Positions 13,286 to 23,554 of a DNA stretch of 43,000 nucleotides are shown one piece after another; the stretch's first letter is position 1; each line of letters starts with the position of its first letter. The DNA is from Rhynchopus sp. YZ270_cl-10. Taxonomy: Eukaryota. Location: positions 2,108,001-2,151,000 of the forward strand of contig OZ037836.1 of assembly GCA_964035575.1 (NCBI GenBank), read 5' to 3'. Under the pieces are notes generated by a model. That model had not been told where the DNA came from and ran no database searches. It saw nothing but the letters and a program-made list of their open reading frames with translations. Made by a program: the position numbers and the translations under genes.

Positions 13286-13999
13286 CGATGAGGTGTGCTG
13301 CATAACGGGCTTCCTGAAGTCGCTCTTCCAGCGAAAGCAGACATGGTGGCAGTTTAGTGAGGACACATCAGTTGGCAAATGTTTGTTTAATGTTGATGAG
13401 GGTAGCATCGGTTTGTAATGTGGTCCACGTTTTTGTGGCAATTGTCAAGATCTTGATCACAAAGATGAAGATTTGGGCTGTGTGAAATGTTTGTCTTGTT
13501 TGCCTTGTCGGGTGTGTGCACTGTAAGTGAAACAACTGTGGATCTGCAGGCACGTGCTCTGATGTTTATTCAGTGTGGTGTGTTGTGGTTTTGTAATGTT
13601 TTTACGCTTTTTACGTTAGTAGAAGAAGGGACCTTGCGAACATTCTTTCGCAGGTGGGTACAAGCTGTCACCGTGGCACTCAGCTACGGTGCAGAAGAGG
13701 CAGTAGGGCAGACCAACTACCAAAGGTGGGGTCTGTGCTAGAGGGAAGGGGTTACGTTTTCAGGGTGTGTGCACTGTACGTGAGACAACTGACGTGCGCT
13801 GTTGTTTATCCAGGATCACGAACCTAGGTCATTTGAAAGCATATTCGGGGATGGTACATGGGGACAGGAAGGGTAACAAACAAGGTGGTCGCCCTTCTTT
13901 ATTAGCACGCCATATGTTCGGGTTTTGTGCATTGCTTCTTTCATTTGTTTTATGATTTCATGCAATGCTAAAAGGAAATTGAACACCGACCCCTCGAAA
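13286..13999. repeat. About 700-bp 3' flank duplicated with each UBL-LRR copy (also about 19156-19864, 21536-22202, 25939-26605)
   Basis: Near-identical sequence follows all four stop codons. Confidence 0.92.
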
Positions 14000-14261
14000 G
14001 CTCATTTGTAACTGTTCGAAGAGACACAATAGCTTCGTTCTTTCCCATCCCTCCACCTTTTCACGCCTACCGCTTCTGTTTGTGTACAAAACAATTTCAG
14101 GCACATTTCGCGCTTCAAGTGTCCGAACGTATTGGGGGATCAAGGTGGTGTTGGGTCTCTTCTGCGCTGTCTTGCGTGGCACCTTTTCTCAAATAAACTC
14201 CCTGCCCCTCTGCACAAAAAGCTCTACTAACACCACACATCAGAAAACCACAAACATCACG

Positions 14262-15130
14262 ATGCACACCAAAACGGCACTGCTGCTCTTCGCGTCCTTC
14301 TCTGCTGCCGCATCACAAGGGCTCTCTTTTGAAGGGTACGGGAACAACGTGTTTTGCTGGGGAGCCCACCTCACGCCGAACAGTATCCACGCTTGAGGGG
14401 GTTGACGTGGGGAGTGGGGTCTCCAGTTCGATTATGACTGGGTCCATGACTTTTCTTGGCTCTGGATGGCACGGGTGTTCAACTGCTCTTTTGCAGGCAC
14501 TTCCCTTGCTTTTGTATGGGTTGACGGCCACCTTGTGTGCACAGACTCGAAGTTCAGAAAGGACCCCACCCTCCCCAACATCACCTACAGCTATGTGGAC
14601 AGCCCCTTCCTCGTCTCCAACTCAAGACGCACCTTGCCTGTGAGGGCCCACTTCTACCGGAACGCATCCGTGTCTGGGGTGCAAAGCTCCTTCACAATGC
14701 GCTGGGGAGACAACAACACATTGTGCAGCCCCATCCCAAGCGATGTGCTCTCTGCCTCTATGGGCGAAGCGGAAGAGACGAGTGAAAAGATGCAGCGCTC
14801 CCTGGTGAAAGGGTGGGGGAATTGGAACAACTTTAACCTGCTTGATGTGGTCCGTATGCCAGACTCCGCCGTTATTACCACGATCCTGTGCAAAGACACG
14901 CAATGTATCAACGGAACATGCATCGAACCCTTCCGCGCAGGTGGGGTCGAGGTTCGTGTGGGTGCACGCGCAGCAGACCTGTCCTACTCTCAGCTCTTCG
15001 TTGGAAATCACAGCGGCGCCTTGAACGTGAACGTCTCGATTGAGTTCGCAACATCACCAGACGGAAGGACATGACACTACTGGTCACTCCAGGTTGCGTG
15101 TCAGGATCGACCTGCCCACTGCCAACAACA
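14262..15130 (+). pseudogene. Frameshifted N-terminal part of a secreted glycoside hydrolase (PA14-like region plus GH63/MGH1-like N-terminal region)
   Basis: Signal peptide MHTKTALLLFASFSAAASQ; FVWVDGHLV; LVKGWGNW...VRMP; VRVGARAADLSYSQL; frameshifts near 14355, 14460 and 15070; family recognised from memory. Confidence 0.55.
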
Positions 15131-15321
15131 CAGCGTAGTCGTACACGTGACGCACTACACCCCACTTTGGCCTTTATCGGGGGTCACAACTGCGACAAAG
15201 GAAGGAGTGTAAAGCACAAAGGCACACAACCAACCTGTCTCGCGTCTGTTCAAAACGCGTAGTATTTCTCTGCTCACCTCCCCCATCATGTCTTGTTGTC
15301 TCAACTCCCCAGTAGCTTCAC

Positions 15322-15582
15322 TCACAACCCCGCCTCCACAAGGTTAATATATCCGGTGAGTGCACCCCAGTGGTAGAACTGGTCCCCTGTGCAATCTGAC
15401 GTGTTCTGGAGAGTCATGGTGCTGGTGGAAGACGTCTTCACCGTCCCTTCTCTGTACCACGCAAATCGTCCCTTCAGGATGAGAGTGTGTCCAGGGCCGG
15501 TTGTGGCCTTCTGGATGGTGGCATACTTGAGCTGTATGTCAAGCGGTTCTTGTTTCTTCTTCTCTTTGTTGCATGGGTCTGT
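15322..15582 (-). pseudogene. Inverted, internally deleted remainder of the glycoside hydrolase
   Basis: Open frame absent from the ORF track: ...HTLILKGRFAWYREGTV...NTSDCTGDQFYHWGALTGYINLVEAGL*; FYHWGAL resembles the C-terminus of MGH1/trehalase-like hydrolases. Confidence 0.55.
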
Positions 15583-15604
15583 TTAGTCCACTAAACATTT
15601 TTAA

Positions 15605-17203
15605 CCCTATACGCCCCAAGAGCCACTTTAATGGCTTTCGAAATGACGCCATGCTGTTAGACAGGTTCAACTCATTTTTGTAAAAACATTTTTTTTATGT
15701 GAAAAGAATTTGCACCGATCTTTCAAAAGAAGCAAGAGTCGAAAACTTTTATGCATCTGGTATTACTTTCGGTGCTGGGGGCTGGGGTGCTACTTTCACC
15801 AAAAGTGACGTTTTTTCACCCACACCCCTAATATGTACCTTTCGCGATACCCAATGCCGCCAAGCCCTTAGTCGGGTTCTACCCATTTTCGTGAACACAA
15901 TTTTTTATATATTTCGAAAGATTTTTCGCCGATCGTTCAAAAGAAGCAATAATCGAAAACTTTTGTGCATCGGATATTACTTTCGATGCTGGGGGGAGGC
16001 GGGGTGGGGGTGTGAGCACCCTGTGACCCCCCCATATTCTAAAATCTGTAAGACAACGTGCACTGACATAGGTTCTACTCATTTTCGTAAAAACACTTTT
16101 TTTATGTTGAAAGAATTTGCACCGATCTTTCAAAAGAAGCAAAAATCGAAAACTTTTATGCATCTGATATTACTTTCGATGCTGGGGGGAGTAGTACCAC
16201 TTTTCACGGCCCTTTGGACGGGCACCCCCTATTCTGGTTCCTCCATGACATCCCATACTCTGTATGAGGTTCTACTCGTTTTCGTTAAAATATTTTTATA
16301 TATTTCAAAGATTTTGACACGAATCTTTCAAAAGAAACAAAAATCGAAAACTTTTACGCATCTGATTGCACTTTGGATCTGTGGACTGCTACCCACCCAA
16401 GAGGCACCCTTTCGACCCGAAGGACGTGGTTATGACTAGGGGTCATCATGATCTGATAATGGTTCTGCTTGTTTTCGTAAAAATCCTTTGGTTTATAGGG
16501 AAACTATTTGACTCAAATCTTTTAAAATAAGCAAAAATCGAAAACCTTTGTGCATCTGTTTGCCATTTGGATGCTGGGGCGAGTTGCCACCAAAACCACA
16601 AAAACACCCCACACACACGACCTATGCAGAGCACACAGTAAGCCGAATTTTCACTGTTTTTTCGTATTTCGGGGTGCTTTTTTCATGGATTTTCGGGTCA
16701 CAGGGTTGTTCCGACCCATTCTGGGGGCTTTCGACCTCAGGAGATGCCCAAATTGTGAAAAATCGCCCATTTTTTACGTTTTTAGACATGTTTCAGTGTA
16801 AATCGTTAAGGAAATCAGTTTTAGACATGGCTGCTAACAGAGCTGCACTCATATAAGTTGGGTTCTACTTGGACTTTTTGCTCGATTTTTTTTTCTTTGA
16901 AAAGATTTTGTGATCAATCTTTCAAATAACGCCATTTTCGGACGAAAATAATTTACGGGGTTTTCCTCGGCCGGCCGAATTAGTCAAAAACCAAAAAGTG
17001 GATTTTATGCTTCCCTCATTTTGGGGATAACATTTTTTTTCGAAAAAAAACTTAAAAAAATGGAATTGAAAGCCGTGTTCAAAATCTTTCAATTGCGGCC
17101 AGGTACGATCACAAATTTGCATCTGGGGTCCCCTTACCGGTTGGAGAGCCCCAAAAACCAAAACTCAAAAGTGGCTTGAAAAAACGGCTTGGGAGGTATA
17201 GGG
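15605..17203. mobile_element. piggyBac-like non-autonomous transposon, 1.6 kb
   Basis: TTAA|CCCTATACGCCCCAAG ... CTTGGGAGGTATAGGG|TTAA, i.e. TTAA duplication with CCC/GGG termini; five internal repeats of about 200 bp; no transposase. Confidence 0.8.
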
Positions 17204-18120
17204 TTAAAGAGATTTTCAAAAAGGTGCAACGGGAGCAGTGCGGCTCGGGTCGACTCATATCATCCAATGTTTACCTATGTAACCCCTGTGTGTTTTTTTA
17301 ACTCGCGTGATATGTTTTCATAAAAATGTTTCATCGGGGCAGTGCGACTTCAGGTCGACTGCGAGAGGTTTGCTGATAGTGCGCAGGTACAACCCGACAC
17401 GCAACCTCTGTTAGGACCGGTGTGCATGGTTTTTCTTATGGTTGTAGTGGGAGCAAAGGTTTGCAGCTTGTTGGTAGTGTGCAGACACGCAACATGTTAT
17501 GTTGTTTTCAACCATGCAGATGATACCTTCTAGTTCCTTTTTTCCGTGGGGATGTTTCGCTACCCCGGATAATGTTGAACTATTATTGACTTAGCGTTAT
17601 TTGTCTTTATTGTTGTTTTAAAGAAGGTCCCAAATCCTGGTCGCGATAGCTCGCGAACTTTCCCGCAGTCAACGCAGGGAAAGAAATAATCAACGAAATT
17701 ATTGGTCATGAAGCTTCTTTTGACCTTTTCGTTGATTCAGTCATCTGCCTGCATCCGGAATAATAATCCCTCCCGATTTCAGACTCCGTCTCCCACCTTT
17801 GTTTCAGCCCCTTGCTCACGACTCCCACAAGAGAATGATCCATTGTCCCCTGCGCTGCTGTCTCGCGTCTCCCCTAGCCTGGTAGTGCGAGGTCAGCTTT
17901 GCCATGTCCCTCAGCACTTCCCCTGCTTGCCTGAAAGCAGAGCATTGCAGGTTCGTGTACGTCCCCCAACATGTCACACATCATGTCAGCACCTCCGGCT
18001 TCAGGTCTCCACGCACTCCGTGCCTTCTTCCCACCATGATTGCCTCCTTCAGTGTTCTGATGTCCTCTCCTACTCCCACAACCCCACCACACAACAGAGC
18101 AACACAAATAAGAAGACAAA

Positions 18121-19155
18121 ATGGACGTAACCATCAAGGGGTACGACGACAACTTGTTCATGATCGAGGTGGGTGTGGATGACACAACGGAGACGATGCG
18201 GCAGAAGGTGGCGTCTGCAGTGGGGTTGGCTGAGGACAGCTTCCACATGGGCTTCGGAGGGAACGACGAAGGAGACGACATCACGCAGCTGAGTGCTGGA
18301 GACACAATCATCCTCACGAAAGCTAAGAAGTACGCATCCCGAGCAGAGCTTCATGTGTTGGGTGAGACGGACATCACTGCAGAGCGGTTGGAGGAGGTGG
18401 AGGATCCTGAGGTGGCGTGTTTGCTTCTGCAGGCGGAGGTTGCGACGGTCATTCCGGATGACTTCTTGTCGGGTTCATCGTTAACGAGACTTGATCTGAG
18501 TGCTGTGTCGTGTGTGACGGAGGTTGGTGATAGGTTTCTGTACGATTGCACAACGTTGACAAGCATCGACCTGTCAGGGTTGAGCAATGTGATGCGCATC
18601 GGTGGCTACTTTCTCTCCGACTGCGAAGGCTTAACCACTCTGGATCTTTCGCCACTCAGCAACTTGACAGAAATCGGCGATAGCTTTCTCGACGGCTGCG
18701 ACTGTTTAGCCACTCTGGATCTTTCGCCACTCAGCAACGTGACAGAAGTCGGTGACCACTTTCTCCACGGCTGCGAAGGTTTAACCACTCTGGATCTTTC
18801 ACCACTCAGCAACTTGACGCGCATCGGTATCTACTTTCTCTCCGACTGCGACGGCTTAACCACTCTGGATCTTTCGCCACTCAGCAACTTGACGCGCATC
18901 GGTAGCGACTTTCTCAGGAACTGCGAATGTTTAACCACTCTGGATCTTACACCACTCAGCAGGGTTAAGGTTGTTGGTTCGTACTTTCTTAGGAACTGCA
19001 CTTCGTTGAAGAGTATTCACCTTACCAAGAGTGCTGTGTCCAAAGCAGTGAGGAATAACAAGAAGCTGAGCAAATTTGTCGTTGAAGCACGTCCGAAACG
19101 CAGCAGAGACGAATCCCCCCAGCAAGCACACAAACGGCAGAGACACGCACAATGA
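18121..19155 (+). CDS. Ubiquitin-like domain + LRR protein, copy B (344 aa)
   Basis: Near-identical N-terminus and tail to copy A; different residues at the LRR variable positions. Confidence 0.9.
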   Translation: MDVTIKGYDDNLFMIEVGVDDTTETMRQKVASAVGLAEDSFHMGFGGNDEGDDITQLSAGDTIILTKAKKYASRAELHVLGETDITAERLEEVEDPEVACLLLQAEVATVIPDDFLSGSSLTRLDLSAVSCVTEVGDRFLYDCTTLTSIDLSGLSNVMRIGGYFLSDCEGLTTLDLSPLSNLTEIGDSFLDGCDCLATLDLSPLSNVTEVGDHFLHGCEGLTTLDLSPLSNLTRIGIYFLSDCDGLTTLDLSPLSNLTRIGSDFLRNCECLTTLDLTPLSRVKVVGSYFLRNCTSLKSIHLTKSAVSKAVRNNKKLSKFVVEARPKRSRDESPQQAHKRQRHAQ

Positions 19156-20497
19156 CGATGAGGTGTGCTGCTTAGAACGGGCTCCTCAAGTCTCTCTTCT
19201 TGCGAAAGCAGACATGGTGGCAGTTTAGTGAGGACACATCAGTTGGCAAATGTTTGTTTAATGTTGATGAGGGTAGCATCGGTTTGTAATGTGGTCCACG
19301 TTTTTGTGGGAATTGTCAAGATCTTGATCACAAAGATGAAGATTTGGGCTGTGTGAAATGTTTGTCTTTTTTGCCTTGTCGGGTGTGTGCACTGTATGTG
19401 AAACAACTGTGGATCTGCAGGTACGTGCTCTGATGTTTATTCATTTGTTGTGGTTTTGTTATGTTTTTACGCTTTTTACGTTTGTAGAAGAAGGGACCTT
19501 GCGAACATTCTTTCGCAGGTGGGTACAAGCTGTCACCGTGGCACTCAGCTACGGTGCAGAAGAGGCAGTAGGGCAGACCAACTACCAAAGGTGGGGTCTG
19601 TGCTAGAGGGAAGGGGTTACGTTTTCAGGGTGTGTGCACTGTACGTGAGACAACTGACGTGCGCTGTTGTTTATCCAGTATCACGAACCTATGTCATTTG
19701 AAAGCATATTCGGGGATGGTACATGGGGACAGGAAGGGTAACAAACAAGGTGGTCGCCCTTCTTTATTAGCACGCCATATGTTCGGGTTTTGTGCATTGC
19801 TTCTTTCATTTGTTTTATGATTTCATGCAATGCTAAAAGGAAATTGAACACCGACCCCTCGAAAACAGAGGATAGAGAAACTGAAAAGTCATGAAAATAC
19901 AGAACTGACGTTTAAAACAGCAAAATACAACTGAAGCTTTTCTGCAGTGCATTTGCCACACTTACTACTGCTGCTTCCGGCATGCTTCGGGATACCTACG
20001 CCTGCACTTCTTCCTTCGGAACCCCTGCTTCAGCAGATCTTGGTGGTCTCCAGCTGGTCGAGTTTGACAGCACCGCGTGTCCGAGCGGTCCCACATCGAG
20101 ACCACACGTCTTCACTTCGTTGTCGATCGCTTAACCCGAACGTCGAACCTCTTCAGTGCTTCGGCGGGGGATTGCTCCTTCACAGAAGAATCCTCATCCT
20201 CCTTGACGCCTTTCAAGAGTTGATTAGTCCGTGAACCTCACACCTCAGCAGACAGTTCAGAACACTACCTTCACACATCTCCCCTTTCTCATCACCTGTA
20301 AAGGACGTGGTGGCGGCTTTCCACTGATTTTCTTCTCAATGCGTGTGGTCACGTTGTTGCGTTCGTACGACCTCCACCAATGCTTTCCACGCACTCCGTG
20401 CCTTCTTCCCACCATGATTGCCTCCTTCAGTGTTCTGATGTCCTCTCCTACTCCCACAACCCCACCACACAACAGAGCAACACAAAAGGACGACAAA

Positions 20498-21535
20498 ATG
20501 GACGTAACCATCAAGGGGTACGACGACAACTTGTTCATGATCGAGGTGGGTGTGGATGACACAACGGAGACGATGCGGCAGAAGGTGGCGTCTGCAGTGG
20601 GGTTGGCTGAGGACAGCTTCCACATGGGCTTCGGAGGGAAGGATGAAGGAGAGGACATCACGCAGCTGAGTGCTGGAGACACAATCATCCTCACGAAAAA
20701 TAAGAAGTACGCAGCCCGAGCAGAGCTTCATGCGTTGGGTGAGACGGACATCACTGCAGAGCGGTTGGAGGAGGTGGAGGATCCTGAGGTGGCGTGTTTG
20801 CTTCTGCAGGCGGAGGTTGTGACTGTCATTCCTGATGACTTCTTGTCGGGTTCATCATTAACGAGACTTGATCTGAGTGCTGTGTCGTGTGTGACGGAGG
20901 TTGGTGATAGCTTTCTGTACGATTGCACAACGTTGACAAGCATCAACCTGTCTGGGTTGAGCAATGTGACGCGCATCGGTAGCTGCTTTCTCTCCGACTG
21001 CGAAGGTTTAGCCACTCTGGATCTTTCGCCACTCAGCAACGTGACAGAAGTCGGTAACCACTTTCTCAGCAGCTGCAAAGGTTTAACCACTCTGGATCTT
21101 TCGCCACTCAGCAACTTGACGTGCATCGGTACTTACTTTCTCTACTACTGCGAAGGCTTAACCACTCTGGATCTTTCGCCACTCAGCAACTTGACGCGCA
21201 TCGGTAGCTGCTTTCTCTGCGGCTGCGAAGGTTTAGCCACTCTGGATCTTTCGCCACTCAGCAACTTGACAGAAGTCGGTGACCACTTTCTCAACAGCTG
21301 CAAAGGTTTAACCACTCTGGATCTTTCACCGCTTAGCAGGGTTAAGGTTATTGGTGCGCGCTTTCTTAGGAACTGCACTTCGTTTAAGAGTATTCACCTT
21401 ACCGGCTGCAGCAGTGCTGTGTCCAAAGCAGTAGTGAAGTGCGAGCTGAGCAAGCTTGTGGTTGAAGCACGTCCGAAACGCAGCAGAGACGAATCCCCCC
21501 AGCAAGCACACAAACGGCAGAGACACGCACAATAA
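20498..21535 (+). CDS. Ubiquitin-like domain + LRR protein, copy C (345 aa)
   Basis: Same architecture; ATG placed at MDVTIKGYDD by alignment with the paralogs. Confidence 0.9.
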   Translation: MDVTIKGYDDNLFMIEVGVDDTTETMRQKVASAVGLAEDSFHMGFGGKDEGEDITQLSAGDTIILTKNKKYAARAELHALGETDITAERLEEVEDPEVACLLLQAEVVTVIPDDFLSGSSLTRLDLSAVSCVTEVGDSFLYDCTTLTSINLSGLSNVTRIGSCFLSDCEGLATLDLSPLSNVTEVGNHFLSSCKGLTTLDLSPLSNLTCIGTYFLYYCEGLTTLDLSPLSNLTRIGSCFLCGCEGLATLDLSPLSNLTEVGDHFLNSCKGLTTLDLSPLSRVKVIGARFLRNCTSFKSIHLTGCSSAVSKAVVKCELSKLVVEARPKRSRDESPQQAHKRQRHAQ

Positions 21536-22331
21536 CGATGAGGTGTGCTGCATAACGGGCTTCCTCAAGTCTCTCTTCCAGCGAATGCAGACATGGTGGC
21601 AGTTTAGTGAGGACACATCAGTTGGCAAATGTTTGTTTAATGTTGATGAGGGTAGCATCGGTTTGTAATGTGGTCCACGTTTTTGTGGGAATTGTCAAGA
21701 TCTTGATCACAAAGATGAAGATTTGGGCTGTGTGAAATGTTTGTCTTGTTTGCCTTGTCGGGTGTGTGCACTGTATGTGAAACAACTGTGGATCTGCAGG
21801 TACGTGCTCTGATGTTTATTCAGTGTGGTGTGTTGTGGTTTTGTTATGTTTTTACGCTTTTTTACGTTAGTAGAAGAAGGGACCTTGCGAACATTCTTTC
21901 GCATGTGGGTACAAGCTGTCACCGTGGCACTCAGCTACGGTGCAGAAGAGGCAGTAGGGCAGACCAACTACCAAAGGTGGGGCCTGTGCTAGAGGGAAGG
22001 GGTTACGTTTTCAGGGTGTGTGCACTGTACATGAGACAACTGACGTGCGCTGTTGTTTATCCAGGATCACGAACCTAGGTCATTTGAAAGCATATTCGGG
22101 GATGGTACATGGGGACAGGAAGGGTAACAAACAAGGTGGTCGCCCTTCTTTATTAGCACGCCATATGTTAGGGTTTTGTGCATTGCTTCTTTCATTTGTT
22201 TTGCAGTCAGAGGAAGAGAAGGGTGCCGTGCCTCCGTCTCTTCCTCTCACATGAAATACAAATGTAGTGTTTCTTTTGTTTCTGTTTTCACTTCTAAATA
22301 CTGTTTTCGCAGGTATTCGGGCAAATGTAAC

Positions 22332-22936
22332 ATATGGGTCGATTTCAAAAACCCCCCCCCCCCAAAAGTTCTTTTTTGTCTTTTTCATGATATAGGCAGT
22401 TTTTTTGCAGTCTGAGGTCCGGAACCGCCCCAAAAACGATTTTCTGGGAGGTTTTGGGAGGTTTTGGGGCGAAATGGACCTTTTTTGACCATTTTTATGG
22501 TATTTTTAGGCTGTTTTTGGCCCTTCTTCTTACACAGCCTATTGGGGGTCAAAATAGCTATTTTTGACCAAAAAACACAATTTATTTGACGCCAGGAGGC
22601 CTCCGTTGGCCCAAATATATCCCAAAAATGGGCTGTGAGCCCAATCCGACCTGTTTTGGGCACATTTGGCACTTTTCTTGGTGCTTATTTGATGTTTTTT
22701 GGTCAAAAATAGCTATTTTGACCCCCAATAGGCTGTGTAAGAAGAAGGGCCAAAAACAGCCTAAAAATACCATAAAAATGGTCAAAAAAGGTCCATTTCG
22801 CCCCAAAACCTCCCAAAACCTCCCAGAAAATCGTTTTTGGGGCGGTTCCGGACCTCAGACTGCAAAAAAACTGCCTATATCATGAAAAAGACAAAAAAGA
22901 ACTTTTGGGGGGGGGGGTTTTGAAATCGACCCATAT
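22332..22936. mobile_element. Foldback/MITE-like element with arms of about 245 bp
   Basis: Arms 22332-22577 and 22693-22936 are inverted (ATATGGGTCGATTTCA ... TGAAATCGACCCATAT); the spacer resembles 9245-9350 of the first foldback. Confidence 0.85.
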
Positions 22937-23554
22937 CAAAAGACCTCTCCCCTTGTAACTGTTTGTTGTCTCTTGCGTACTCTCACCCCCAATTGAAAAC
23001 ACCTGCACAAAACAAACTATTATTGACTTAGCATTATTTGTCTTTATTGTTGTCAAATAAGTACCAAATTTCTGGTCGCGATAGCTCGCGAACTTTCCTT
23101 GCAGTCAACGCAGGGAAAGAAATAATCAACGATGTGATTGGTCATGAAGCTTCTTTTGACCTTTTCGTTGATTCAGTCATCTGCTGGCATCCGGAATAAT
23201 AATCCTCCCGATTTCAGACTCCGTCTCCCACCTTTGTTTCAGCCCCTTGCTCACGACTCCCACAAGAGAATGATCCATTGTCCCCTGCGCTGCTGTCTCG
23301 CGTCTCCCCTAGCCGATAGTGCGAGGTCAGCTTTGCCATGTCCCTCAGCACTTCCCCTTCTTTCCTGAAAGCGGAGCATTGCAGGTTCGGGTACTTCCCC
23401 CAACACGTCACACATCATGTCAGCACCTCCGGCTTCAGGTCTCCACGCACTCCGTGCCTTCTTCCCACCATGATTGCCTCCTTCAGTGTTCTGATATCCT
23501 CTCCTACTCCCACAACCCCACCACACAACAGAGCAACACAAAAAGGAAGACAAA

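Noticed and set aside
15699..16439. 246-aa ORF as a piggyBac transposase
   Set aside because: Translation of AT-rich internal repeats with no DDD motifs
19920..20300. Coding-like minus-strand fragment between copies B and C
   Set aside because: Interrupted by stops in the frames read; no family recognised
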